Assembly: GCA_003990765.1 (NCBI GenBank)
Contig: RBNJ01000175.1
Span: 1-37,887 of the forward strand
Reading direction: 5' to 3'
From: Jimgerdemannia flammicorona
Lineage: Eukaryota
DNA length: 37,887 bases
Shown: positions 11,851-24,754 of the stretch, one piece after another
Position numbering within the stretch: position 1 is the first letter of the stretch
Layout: each line of letters opens with the position of its first letter
Position numbers and translations under genes: made by a program
Notes under the pieces: model-generated
Database searches by the model: none
What the model saw: only the letters and a program-made list of their open reading frames with translations
Told to the model about the DNA's origin: nothing

Positions 11851-13359
11851 CTATGGCGTTGCGAGTCGGATCTCGATCTGCGTGTGTCTGGGCCCGGGGG
11901 ATGAGTATCGAATCCACTGTACTCTATTCAACATCACCACACGAGCCAGAACCTCACATTCAAACCACCAACTCTCACACGACTCACAAACCTGCGTGAG
12001 TCTCAGGCACGCGACAAGACCTCGACCATGAATCTCGATGAGAACGGACAATGAAAGTAACCGTCCTTGCAGACAACCTTGACTATCAAAACGTAAACCT
12101 TTTCGCTCACCTTTTCACTCACAATCGCGATGTCAACCGTCTGTAAGACGTTTGTTTTTATTGTTTATAAATTAAAATACATAAATACACATAAGCATGT
12201 AACAAACGCCCCCGAATGGAGATGACCTAGAATAGCCCAGTTTTTGCCCTTGATCAAGGGGCTCATCGTTGGCTTAAAAGCAACCAAGACCGGGCGGCAC
12301 TGCGCTTTCGAGTTGGCATTTCGCGCCGGTAGTAAGAATTGTGAGAGGGCAGATTCGAAAAAAATAAAAAATAAAAAAGTAAGACAAGGCGGGCAAAAGA
12401 AACTAAGAGCAATACTTAACCTAAATAAGCAGATTCTTTCCCCTCCCGTCTAAACTACAAAGGCTGTGAGGTACCCACTCCCAGAACGGAGAGGAGCACC
12501 TTATTACCGTCCTGACCAAAGGACGCAACCTACCAAGGTCGATCAAACGAAAGGTGACATTCACGTGTTGGCGTCGCCCAAGCGGGCCACATAGTAGGTT
12601 GCCCTTTATACTAGTATGACAAGGCACGAATTAAATCCATTGCAAACAATGAAGGACGTAGCATTTACGCCCTCTGCCCTGAAACAATAGTCACATACAA
12701 AGCCTATTGCTTAGATGGAGATGAGCAGGGCGTCCAGGGTCTATTGGCGAGTGTTCTTCTCCGGTTAGTCGGTTTTACTTAATTGACCCGAGCAGGCTGT
12801 TTACTAAGCATTAGTATAGTTTCCCCTTTAATATCCTCATTATTTCATTTAATGTTTATTGGAACAAAATATCAACATAATGGCATAATAACAGATATAT
12901 ATATATATTTTACAAAGTTTACATTTTTTTTTCGATTTTCTTGCATGTTTGGATAAATATTTTATTTTAATATATTCTCAGTGTATTTCAATACTATTTA
13001 TAAAATAGAGGAAACTAGATGAGTACGCACATTTTGGGCACAGCGATGGTCTTCATTGCAGGCATGGCAGCGATAGCGACGCCGTGTGTGAGGGCTCGGC
13101 ACACATGTCCTTGGTAGCCCCGATGGAAAAGAATCAAATGTAACGGGCCGCGAGATTTTGGTTGCGACCAGAAACCCTGACGTTGTCAAAAACAGATGGT
13201 CAACTGGTTCACTTTGCCGATTTGCGACAACGCCGTTGGCACGGGATAAAACAATCGCCGCGGATTCAACAATCCTTTGTGTAGTTCACTTTTAACCACT
13301 ATAGATTAGATTTGATGGGCTCGATGCAATAACAGTTCGTATAGGTAAAGAAATACAAT

Positions 13360-14197
13360 TTATTCGATTATAAATTCCGTTCCATTTTTCATTTACGACC
13401 CGTCCTCCGATTTACGGCCCTTAATAACGCCGAGTTTCTTTAATGTATTTTATGCGCAGCAGACCCGAGGCCCGCGGCGGTATTGTGGTAGAAATTGCGA
13501 GATGGAGAATTTGGGCCCGTAGGGATTGTACGCCTCCACCAGGATATTATCCTCTTTTAAAATAAATAATTAATACGATATATCCACAGTCGCTTGTGTT
13601 AGGCTTTTCAGTCATTCCAACAGCACCACCACCACATTTCTTGTGCTGTCCATCGGTCCTTCGTGAGTCGTGAATCGAAATGCCGTTGGTAACGATCTCT
13701 ACACTGTCGCGGCAAACGTTTGAAGCCGGTCACTTCGATAAATTCAGAAGCACCAGTCATTGGAATGTGTCGAAATCGTTAAGTCTTCTTCATCGGTAAA
13801 AGGACCTGTCGGGGTGGGCACCAAAGAATGTGTACGACGTTTCTGAAGTCTTTCCACAGAAAGAAAGAATATAATGAAAGACTCCATACAAATCTTTCTT
13901 TTTCGGGTGGGTCACACTATCGTGCATGCACAACTGAAAAGGGGGGCTCGATTTCGAAAGTAGTTTTCGGCGAGGAACTTCCAGCGGAAACCTCATTGGG
14001 CTACCTTCGGCGATTTTCGTGGATTCTGGCGCACGGGGGGATTGGCCGATAGCTAGCCAGTTGCTACCGTATTTTGCGCAGGCTTTTCTGAGGATTTGGT
14101 CCTCTTCATTGGACCAAGATTTGGGGAACCAAGGATTTCGGGGCTGACTGAGCGGCGACGGTGAGGAAGCGGAACTGTGTAAGGATTGCAACAACGT
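13360..14197 (-). pseudogene. Myb-repeat paralogue 1 (pseudogene)
   Basis: KSWSNEEDQILRKACAKYGSNWLAI repeat; collinear with copy 3 including both intron positions and the terminal ATC GAA stop. The start position reads cgccACG instead of cgccATG; internal deletions and frameshifts. Confidence 0.85.
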
Positions 14198-14600
14198 GGC
14201 GAGGTGTGTCGTGTATGGCTTAGACCAGTCGGATGACCTCAGACGAAACGTTGGCGACCTCGGTGGATTAACAATATTGGATGAAACGGCACTGACTATT
14301 GATACTGAAACTGGCGTAAATCTGAATCCGAATCTGAACTGAACTAAGTATAGGGAATATTGTTCCGAGCGGTTTCGGCCACTTTGCCGTAGCTGAAACT
14401 ATGTTCTTAACTATATCCATCGAACGTCGGGCGCGGAATGTCGGTTCGCTACCTTCGACAACCCGCTTTATTATTCAAATGTCGATTTTTCCATTAGTCA
14501 CGCTCCACGCCAATATTGAACTTTATTGTGGTGTAGTTCGCTTTGGAAGGATTAAATACAATAACATTTCACATAGGCAAAGAAATACAAATGATGTGAT

Positions 14601-15508
14601 TTATTCGATATTAATTCTCGCGATTTTTTCGCTTATGTCTCGTCATCCGATTTACGGCCCTTAATAGGGCCGATTTTCTTCAAAATCTTTATGCGCTGCT
14701 GGACCCTGAGGCGCGCCGCGGTAGTCAGGCAGCAATTTCGAGATCGCCGGGAATTTGGGCCCGTAGGGATTGAGGCATCCACCAGGAATTTATCCTCTTA
14801 TAATGCAAATGTTGTGATATATCTGAAGTCGCTTGTGTCCAATCATTTCAACTGCTCACTACATACCTTGTGCCGTCCATGGATTCTTTACCACCTTTGG
14901 ATCCAAATCCCGTAGGTAACGAGCTTTACACGTTTGGCACCAGTCACTTTGCTAACTTCGGAAGTGATGGTCCCCCAGTCACTTGGATGATGCTTAAATG
15001 TGAATGGGTACGACATTTCTTATGGTATTCCACAGAAAAAATAATATATAGAACTGACTCTTTACATTACCTTATTTGCGACTGGGTCAGATCATAGTAC
15101 TTCACATTGTTCCTTGTCCCAACTCTCTGAGCCAACTCAATTTGTCATTTGGCTGGCTCTTTTCCTCAGGCAACCAAGTATCCGATTTCCCGGCACAGAA
15201 TCCCCACAGCGACCCAGCTCGATATGGAAAGTAGCCAACGGCGTGGAACCTCCAGTGGAAACCGTATTGGACCACCTTCTTCCGCTGGAGGCGTGTTTCA
15301 TCCTCCGTCCAAGCGAGAGAGCCGTCATGAGATTTCGGATCATGCATGAGTCTGACAAATCGCGAATAGGTGTGTGAATTGGGCAATACCTTGCCAGGTC
15401 CTTCCATTTTCGAGGGCTTCTCTGAGAATGCTGTCCTCTACGATGACCAACCGTATACTTGGGAGGTGACCGAGCAGAGATGGTGAGGAGTCAAGTGAAA
15501 CGGTACAT
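14601..15508 (-). pseudogene. Myb-repeat paralogue 2 (pseudogene)
   Basis: cgccATG at 15508 reads MYRFT*LLTISARSPPKYTV; contains LAWTEDETRLQRKKVVQYGFHW. Collinear with copy 3 but with an early stop, deletions and frameshifts. Confidence 0.85.
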
Positions 15509-16400
15509 GGCGTGTGTGGCTTAGACCAGTCGGGCGTGTGTACCTCAAAATTGACGCGAACTGCGCTACGCAAATGAGACCTCTTGAAATATATCTCGGA
15601 CTTACGCGGAGATCCCCATATATTTGTAGTATTTTAAGCAGTAAAATTATGTATTCTTTGGCTTGAATAAAAGGTCGGAGTCTAGAAGTCTAAAATCTGG
15701 AAGCCGCGTACATTCAGAACGGGTGGGGATCGGACATCCCAGGAATTCCCGTACGACAGGTCGTTTTTTCAGGGCCCCACGGCCGTCCCTAGACGCATTT
15801 CATACGTCCACATCGATCCAAAAATTTCCCTCTGTAAACCGCGACTCGATCATTTTCTGTGGAGCTGTCATAATCGCATCTCGTGGAACAATGACGTCAT
15901 ACAAACCGCTCGCCGCTATACGCATTCTACGCATACCCTCGAAGGACACGTGTGGGCTCAGGCGCGGGCTTACGCGGCGATCCTTACGCATTTCATAGTA
16001 TTAGTTTTGGAAACTTGCATAAATAGGGTGTAATAGAATCCAGCAGGCAAGGAATATACATGGTCCATCGCCACATCCGCACTAGCGATGAAGTTAGAAA
16101 ATGCGCAAGGCCCACACAGGCACAACGTGGCTCCCAACATAGCCAACCCGTTTCACTTGACGACTAATACCAGCCCGCCTAGCCTGTCGAACTGCCGGGT
16201 TTTCCAGGAGTCACGATCCGCGTCAATTGCAGCGACGCCGTTGGAAAGGGACCTTGAAATTGACCTTTTAATATTACTTATTTGGCATTTGTGTAGTTCA
16301 TTTCCACTCACTATGGATTGGAAAGTAACTAGAGTAACTTCGTTTGGAAAATTTCAATACAAAAAGCAATTTATATGTATAAAGAAATACAATTGATGGT

Positions 16401-17522
16401 TCATTCGATTTTATATCCTTCGCCATTTCCCTCTTGCGACTCCTCTTCCAATTTACAGTCTTTAATAATGCCGTGCTTCTTTAATGCCCGTAAGCGCCCA
16501 CGGATTTGAAATTGACCGCGGTAGCTGGGTAGCAATTGCGAGATGGCGGAGATTTTAGTGCCATAGCGATTATAGGCGTCCCCCAGGATTTTATCCTCTT
16601 ATAATGGAGTAAGTAAATAATCGATGTGATAGATATTAAGTCGTTTGTGTCAAAAATTTAAATCATTCCAACAGTGCACACAAACCTTGTGCTGTCCATG
16701 GGTCCTTCACCAACATTGGATCCAAATTCCATTTGTAATGAGTTCTACACTGTCTCGGCGAACGTATTATACCAGTCACTTTGCTAACTTCAGACGCAAT
16801 GAGCCCCCAGTCGTTTGGATGTTGCTTGAATGCATCGAGAATCGCCTTGTTTTCTTCAGGGGTAAAGTGACCTGTCGGGGTGAATAACATTAACAATGAA
16901 TGTGTACAATATTTTCTGAAGGAATTCCACAAAAATTAATTAGACTCCATACAATACCTTTCTTTGTCAACTTGGCCAGACAATAGTACTTATGCCAACA
17001 CTGCATGTAGTTCCTTGTCCCAACTCTCTGGGCGATGGCTGGCCAACTCAATATGCCATTTTGGGTGGCGTCTAATAGCCTCTGTTCCTCCTCAGGCTGC
17101 CAGGCGCCCAAATTTTGGCGAAGATTCCCCACAGCGGGCCAACGACTCGACAGCTGACTGGGGCCTCGATTTGGAAAGTAGAGTTCCGCGAGGAGTTTCC
17201 AGCGGAAACCGTATAGGGCCACCTTCTCACGTAGGAGGTGGGTTTCGTCCTCTGTCCAAGCGAGAGAGCGGTCACGAATAGGTTTCGGATCACGCGCTAC
17301 CGGTGGCGCGAGCCTCGTGAAGCGCAAAGCGCAGGCGTTGGGCGTGCGGTCAGGGAGGGATTGGGCAATAACCTGCCAGCGACAGCCGTTGGCGCGGGCT
17401 TCTCTGAGGATGTTGTCCTCTTCGTTGGACCAAGCTTTGCGGACTGTATACTTGGGAGGTGATCGAGCAGAGATGGTGAGGAAACGGAATTGGGTCAAGG
17501 ATTGCTTTATGAAACGGAACAT
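16401..17522 (-). CDS. Intact five-repeat Myb/SANT protein, 315 aa, 3 exons (17522-16958, 16871-16686, 16597-16401), possible mitochondrial presequence
   Basis: Exon lengths 565+186+197=948 nt stay in frame across two phase-1 GT-AG introns (86 and 88 nt) to TGA at 16403-16401. Repeats begin KAWSNEED, LAWTEDET, GAWQPEEE, GHFTPEEN and DPWTAQED. The second acceptor is AAG, conserved in paralogues 1 and 2. Confidence 0.88.
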
Positions 17523-18386
17523 GGCGAGGACGAGCGCGTGAAGCGAGTGTGGCTTAGACCCGTCGGACGTATTTTCGATAATCGAACTTTGTGGAACCGT
17601 GACGTTGAAGCCACGCAAGTTGACACGTATGTGTTGGCTTGGGCGGCAACCGCATGGAATCTATTTCGAAAAATTAGTTAAATAGGGATGGACGCCAGTG
17701 GTATTATGTGAGGACTTGAAATATCATTCAGGAACGGAACGAATTGTCCAAAGAATCCGTGAACTAAGGTTACTTTTTAGGCTCAATTGGTTGCGCTACG
17801 ACGATTTACTAAATGAATTCGCAACAACATTTTCAGGTTACAGACCGCCCTTTTATTAGCAATATATTTCTGGTGGAAAGTCGCTTTCGGGGAGACTTCA
17901 AGGAAAATTCACTAAAGTTCAAGCATTTGTAGACAATAATTACGGCCGTCCGCGACCGTTCAGCCCCCAGAACGCCTGTACGCTATTTTCTTTAAGGATC
18001 TCGGGATATATATGATCCACTGCCACATCCGCGCTAACGACGAAAAGTTGAAATGCTCAAGACCCACCTATGCGACGAGGCCTTGGAAGTGCTAACAACG
18101 TGAACTCCTAACTTAGTCAGCGTTTCGCCCGGGCTCGCTTAATTTGTTCAAGTGCCGATTTTTCTAAAAGCCACAATCCACGCAAATTGCCACAACGCCT
18201 TAGGGAAGGGATAATATAACGATAACGACCGCGGACTCAAACCATACTGAAATCGAACTTTCAAAAAGCTGTTTTTCATTATTATTATTATTTTATGCGA
18301 ATCACTATGGATTGGAAAGTGACTTCATTTGGAAGGGTTCAATGCAAAAGAAATTCATATAAGTGAAGAAGTACAATTGTAGTCAT

Positions 18387-18995
18387 TCATTCGATTTTAA
18401 AATCCTCGCCATTGCTCTCTTGCGACTCGTCTTCCGATTTACGATCGTTAATAACGCCGCGACTCGTTAATGCCTTTAAGCGCTCATGGACCCGAGACCA
18501 ACCGCGGTAGTTGGGCAGCAGTTGCGAGATCAAAGAGATTTTAGAGCCGTAGCAATTGTAGGCATCCAACAGGATTTTATGCAATAATTAAATAAATATA
18601 TATATTAAAATCACTTGTGTCAGGAGTTTCATTCATTCCAACAGCAAACCACATACCTTCCGCTGTCCATGGGTCCTTCACCACCTTTGGATCCAAATTC
18701 CGTTGGTAATGAGCTTTACACTGTGACGGCAAACGATTCAAACCGGTCACCTTGATAACTTCAGAGGCGAATGGCCCCCCAGTCGTTTGGATGTTGCTTG
18801 ACTGCATTCAGAATAACCTTTTTCTTCATTGGTGAAGCGACCTGTTCGGTGGATAATAGCGAATGAGTGTGACATTTCTCAAGGCATTCTACAGAAATAA
18901 ACCATATTGAACAGATCCCATATGATACCTTTCCTTTTTGACTAGGTCATACTCTTGTACTTTTGCTAACACTGTATTAGGTTCCTTGTGCCAAC

Positions 18996-19000
<5 letters not shown>
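18387..19000 (-). pseudogene. Myb-repeat paralogue 4, 3' part (split by LINE B)
   Basis: Homologous to copy 3 exons 2-3 (RLPSQCKAHYQRNLDPKVVKDPWTAE; ...GEDFKIE*). Frameshift near 18820, lost second acceptor, and ends abruptly at the poly(T) at 19000. Confidence 0.88.
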
Positions 19001-19027
<27 letters not shown>

Positions 19028-19246
19028 CAGGATCAAGACCCCATGGAATTTTATTAGAAGAGAACCTAGACTATATAGGCCAAAACCCTCCCCCACCCCT
19101 ATCCCAAACACTACACCCCCATTAAATATAGGCTTGCTATTGTTCAGAGTTCTACTGTACCAGGTACAGTAGAGCTTACTTTAGCCTGCACCTTATTCTA
19201 CACACTATGCTCTCCCTACCAGTTGGAGAAAAGTGACCAATAATAA

Positions 19247-22200
19247 TCATTCCCAATGTGCCACCTTGTCCCCAACCCCAACCTGCCATCCCTCCTCAAA
19301 TACATGAACCCAATGCCCAGCCAACCCAACCCACATGGCCAGAGCCCAGCCAAGGGTCAGCCATTCATCCCCAACCCCACCCACCAGTCTCCAGTAAAGC
19401 TCTTCCCATCTCTCTCCTTCCCCTCCCTCCAAGGCACACAGCCCTAACTAGACCATGATACATCTCCAAAACTCCTCCAAAACCTCACACTCGCTAAGCC
19501 AATGTTCAGGTGTTTGTACCACTCCTCCCTCCTGACCAATGTTGAAACATTTCTCACACTTGAATACTCCACCATCCATCAAGTATCCAGACTGATAGTT
19601 CAACATCACATTCTGCCATAAGACTCACCACCACACCACCCAGAACTTGGGGGACAGCCACTGCCTCACCTGTTTGCTCCAAAGCCAGAGCCCATTCCAA
19701 TTCCACTCCTCACCAATTTCAACCCTCTACCAGGCTTCTGGCCACAGGTCTCTACCCAAGTCCTGCAGACACTCCATACTCTCACTAAGCTGAAAATCCT
19801 CCACCGGAATACCACCCAGTAGAAGCCTGTCCCACTGCCACATCCGTGGTCCCCAATCCTCCTTAGCCTCATCACCTCACTACTGAAGTTCAATTTTCTT
19901 AGCTCCATCCACCACCCCCCACCAGAAGCCCATAAACCACATCCTCCTGCTCTCCTCCATGGTTGCCATTGCAAGCAGGTCACCAGAGTCACTATGAGGG
20001 GAATACTGAACCTCCTACACCCTCTGCATGAGTGGCACTCACTCCCAACCCCTTAGCTCACTTGTCCTCCTCAACCACCAAGCTCTCAAGCAGTATAGCC
20101 ACTTAGTAAAGTCAACTAAACCCAGCCCACCTCTTTCCATGGGTAGTGTGAGCACCTCCCAGCCTACCTGGCTTCACCACCCTCCCCAGATCCATGACCT
20201 CGCCATCCTCAACAGCCCCCTGACCACCCAAGTTGGAAAATCCAAATGATACCCCACATACCACAGCTTTGGCATCCAATATACATTCAGCACTATCACC
20301 CTTCCAGCTAGGGACATATACTGACCTTCCCATCACAGCAGAACATTTCCCCACTCCAGAAGCTGTTGGTTCCACTATACATGGGGAAGAAGAGATCCAA
20401 ATACTGAGAAGTAGATCTCCAAATAATGCACTGGTTTGCCAGCTGGCACCACCATCCCAATTACATTGCCACCAACAATTCCAGCACTCAGCACCAGAGT
20501 CTTGCATTTGTGCCAGTTTAGTTTAGCACCAGAGCCCCTCTCAAACCATTTCATGGACCTTCATAACTTCCCCACATCCATCAAGGAGCCCAGCCTGACC
20601 ACTATATCATCAGCAAAGGCCCCCACCTTCCAATTAACCCCTAAAATATCCAAACCCCCAATCTGATGCTGAATCCTGTCCAGTAGGGGCTCCAAGGAGA
20701 GGGCATACAATATGGGTGACAAGGGGTCCCCTTGTAGCACCCCCCACCCCAGAGGAAAGGCCACTCCCCTGTAGCTATTGATGACCAACACTGCCTGACT
20801 GTCCTCCAAGAGGCCAATCAATGAACCTCGGAACCCCAGGGGGATACCAATCCATTTCAGTACTCCCTCTAGCCAGATCCTCCGCACTCTATCATAAGCC
20901 TTCTCTTGATCCAGAAATACCAACTGGTCATCCACTCCTATAGTCTGGGCACCTTCAATCACTCTATATACCCAAGCTGTTCCATCACAAATCAACCAGC
21001 CACCAATAAACCCATGCTGCTCCACACCAAGCACCTGCTGAGCGATTCCTTGCAGCCTTGTCACCAAGATCTTTGTCACCAGTTTATGGTCTATGTCAAG
21101 TAGCATGATCAGCCATCAGTTCTTTCAATCTTCCTGCCTCCCCTTATTCTTATAGAGCAAGGAGACTAGCCCTAGGCACTGGCCCCCAATCTAAGTACCA
21201 GACTGAAGAACCTTATCATACATAGCAGTCATTTCCTCTAGCACCTTGCCCACCTTAGCCATCTTCTTTCAAAAATCCCAGGGAAGTCCATCCTCCCCCA
21301 GAGCCATCCCCTTACTCGTCGAGGCCACAACCTTGCAAATTTTCTTGCCACTCACTGGGTCCCCCAAAGCCTCTAGACCCATCACAGAGTTTGGGTGTCA
21401 ATCCCCTAGCTGCCTTTCAATGTCCAAAGCCTCTGCACCCCCTTCCTCCTCACTCCATAGATTCTCCCAATGGGTACTCAGCAAGCCCAGAATCACCAGA
21501 GTCCCCACCACCAGCTCACCATTCATATCCAGAACTCCCTCCCACCATTGTTTCGTTTGTCATACTAATAACAACTGCATCAAAAACCTAGTAGGCCTCT
21601 CCCCCTCCTCAAGCCCCTGCCACTGCAGTTGGGCCACTATCCTCTGTAGCCTCACCTCCTTCTCTCCTCATAACACTCCTTTAAGCTCCTCCACCTCCTT
21701 TCGGATTCTCACAATACACCAATCAGTTATCTCCCCGACTTCTAACATGCCTGCCCATCTCCCCATGGGTGCCTCCAAACACTGCAAGGTCCACAACACC
21801 TGCTGCCACCACTGGATACACCTTCCTTTCCCTGCTTCCCTCCAATATTCCTGAGCATTCACCTTCAGTCTCCTCCAGCAGTCCCCAATCTCCAGGCCCC
21901 ATTCCCACCACCTTCTAATATTCCCAACAATCTCCATTTCCCAACCCTTCCACAAAGCCCTATCCTCCAACAAGGAAGAATTTAGCCACCAATGTTCAGG
22001 CCCATCCTCCCTTCCCCCAAACCTCCCCCCTCCAAGCAACCCCCAGTGATCAGACTACGGATATGAAACCACCTCCAGTGCTATCCAGACATCTGCTCCC
22101 CAACACTCTGCTGTCAAAACCCAGTCAATCCTGGAGCCCAGCCCTGCTGCTCAGTGGGTGTACACCCACTGATCACCCCAAAACTGCCTTTCTGAGTCCA

Positions 22201-22726
22201 CTAAAGAACTCAGCCTCTCTGCCTCCAACCAGTCACCCAACCCACCACTCTCACTCTGCATGTCTCTCCCTCCATCTGTTCTATCTATCTCCTTGTCCTG
22301 TACCATGTTGAAATCACCCCCCATATAGTCCAACCCAACCTCTCCCAAGACACTGGCCTCTTTTAGCCTGTGAATCCAATCCACCCTCTCCCCTCTCTCA
22401 GCTGGGCAGTAACAAGACCCAATCATCAACGAGCTCCATCCAGGCCTCCTACACACTCCCTACACCACCCAAGACTCCCAATGTCCAATGTCCCCAATGT
22501 CCCCCATCCCTTTCTGAATGAGAATACCCACTTTCTCCCTCCACACCACCACCCCCCCCCATTCCTTAGTCCAATCCTATAAATCTACATCTGCCTCAAA
22601 ATGAATATCCTGTAACAAGAAGAGGTCCACATCCAGTCCCTTAAGCCATCCAAATATATACTTCCTCCTAGCTGCCCCCCATAACCCATTGACATTCAAA
22701 GAGAATATTCTAGTTATACTGTTCAT
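19247..22726 (-). pseudogene. LINE B ORF2 (APE + RT + CCHC), disrupted
   Basis: ATG at 22726; GGDFNMV, FLDQEKAYDRV, QGDPLSP and GAFADD motifs; many stops. The 3' limit is approximate. Confidence 0.92.
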
Positions 22727-22757
22727 ATTGAGAGAATGTTTCAATAGAGACCCCAGT

Positions 22758-24668
22758 CTAGTATTCTATGCTCATCTCATCCCCAGTCAGATCTAAGTGT
22801 CATTCAGCTTCCAAGTCAACCTCAGCATTAGTCTGAGCATCCAGTGCCTCCAAGATTTCCTGACATTCCACTCCATCTACTATCTCCATCTCTGACCAGT
22901 AATCCATGCAGACTGTATGCCACTTCTCCAGTCCCTTCCTTGAGTTCCACAAGTATAATGCCCTGTCACTCACAATCCTCCTAAGTTCCTCTTCTCTCTG
23001 ATCATTGACTTGATATTCAACTGACTCCAGGAGAACAGCCAGGATCTCATTCCTCATCTTCCTTGGCACCTCCTCCCCCTATAGAATCTCCTCTCAATAC
23101 CTCTCCTCCATAACTCTGAAATCCTCTCCCCTCAGCTCTTCTGCCACAACCCCTTCCAGTGTCTTCCACATCCACTTCTCCTCATCCACAGCCTCCGCCA
23201 CACCCTGAGTGACTTGTCCCCCATCCACCTCAGGGTCCACCAGTGTGCTCCTCCTCACTGACTCATCCTACTCCTCATCTGGTACATCCAGCAGCACCTC
23301 CTCTCCCTCAGCTCCACCTGGGACACTATACTGAGGGTGGACCCCTTTGCTCATTTCCACATCTGCCTCCACATCACCTTCCCTTTCCTCCTCCACTCCA
23401 ATCCGAGCCCCACCCTGGGCCCTTTCACCTCCCTTAGCCCAGGCACTCTCCTGCAATCCTGCAACCCCCTCCCCTGAGCTTCCACTAGCCCAACCCCCAC
23501 CCAACTTTGCTAGCAGCTCCTTCTGGATTTTCCTCCCCTATATCTTCTTCCAGGCCCCCCTCTCTATCTGGACCCTCTTCTCATCCACCTTCCCCACCAC
23601 TGTCCTGGCCTCAAACTCCTCCCAGGCCAATCTCCTCCTTGCAACTGCCCCTTCCAGGTCCTCCAGAGCCTCCAACAGATCTTCCTCCTCCTCCTGGATC
23701 CCCTTCATCCTTGTGACCTTGCACTCCACCTGACCCTACCTCAGTATCGCTGGCCAGTCCCTCGACTTTCCCATACTCTCCTTTCCAGCCAGCCTCACTC
23801 TGATATCGACATCACCAGTCTGAAGCTCCATACCCTCCCAGACTCTGAACCCAACATCCACAATCTCTCCATACTCCTTGATCACCTCCACCACCAACTC
23901 TCTGGTCCTCTCCTTCAACACTATGGGGAGATCCAATACCATCAACTGCACCACTCAGGGGTTCCAGTACATGCACCTGGCCATAGAGACCACAACCCCT
24001 CCAACTGTCACCCCCTTCTCCAAGGCTGCCAGCAAGGTATCTTCCTCCTCAAACCCCACCTCTACCCCTTCCTTCCTCTTCAAAAACTTCATGGATGCTG
24101 CTCCCTTTGCCTCCTGCACCACTAGCCCCAAAATCATCCTCGCTGTCACTGCCAAGCCTCAGAATTACATTGTGACCACAAATTCTGATCTCGACTTCTT
24201 GAGTAATGGGGCTGACACCATACCCATCACCCCATCTGCCAGGTCTCCAGGCCTTGTGCCCACTCCTTGTTCTGAATCATCAACCACTATTATATCTGGA
24301 TTTTTTGCCAGATCCCCAGTCACAGCCCCATCAACAGTCACATCTCCAGCCCCTACTCCCACTCCTTCTCTACCACTGGAAGCTCCCCTGGGCACACCTC
24401 CCTGTCCCCCAGCAGCAGCTGTCGACACCTTCCCTAGGCCCAGCCAACCATCCAGACCAGAGGCCATCTTTCCCATTCTGACCTTGTCCACAAAGGTCAA
24501 CCAATCCCCTCCTCTCTGCCTCAGACCATCCCTCCCTTCACCCCCAGGGCTACAGCTAGCCATCAAGGCCCCTGGTATCTCCAAACCATCTCCCCTCCTC
24601 CACCTACTGCCAGCCAAAGGCACTGCCACTCCCCTGACCAGTACACTCACCAGTTTGATCATTGCCAT
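22758..24668 (-). pseudogene. LINE B ORF1, disrupted
   Basis: Fragments 24165-24668, 23955-24155, 23736-23954, 23538-23729 and 22800-23069 are collinear with D ORF1. Confidence 0.85.
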
Positions 24669-24754
24669 CCATGTCGATAGTCATTAGACACCAAAAATGT
24701 AGTAAAAAGTGTTGTCAGAGTCTTGTATCACCTGAATGTTACTGGTGAAAGATG

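Larger units (their letters stand above)
19001..24754 (-). mobile_element. LINE B: near full-length degenerate L1/Tx1-like retrotransposon
   Basis: Poly(A) tail (T run 19000-19025), AATAAA (19050-19055 rc), ORF1 and ORF2. The 5' end matches LINE D up to actggtgaaagatg (24754 vs 32934). Confidence 0.95.

Noticed and set aside
12290..12365. GC-rich stretch with TTCGAATC on the minus strand, suggestive of a tRNA
   Set aside because: No acceptor stem or cloverleaf could be built; the motif is preceded by a T run rather than a T-arm stem.
15663..15998. Short ORFs between Myb copies 2 and 3
   Set aside because: No recognisable domain or splice support; not clearly conserved as a frame in the other repeat units.
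16890..17618. 242-aa single-exon ORF call for the Myb gene
   Set aside because: It starts at a non-ATG codon and reads into intron 1. The cgccATG at 17522 and the spliced model are supported by the paralogues.
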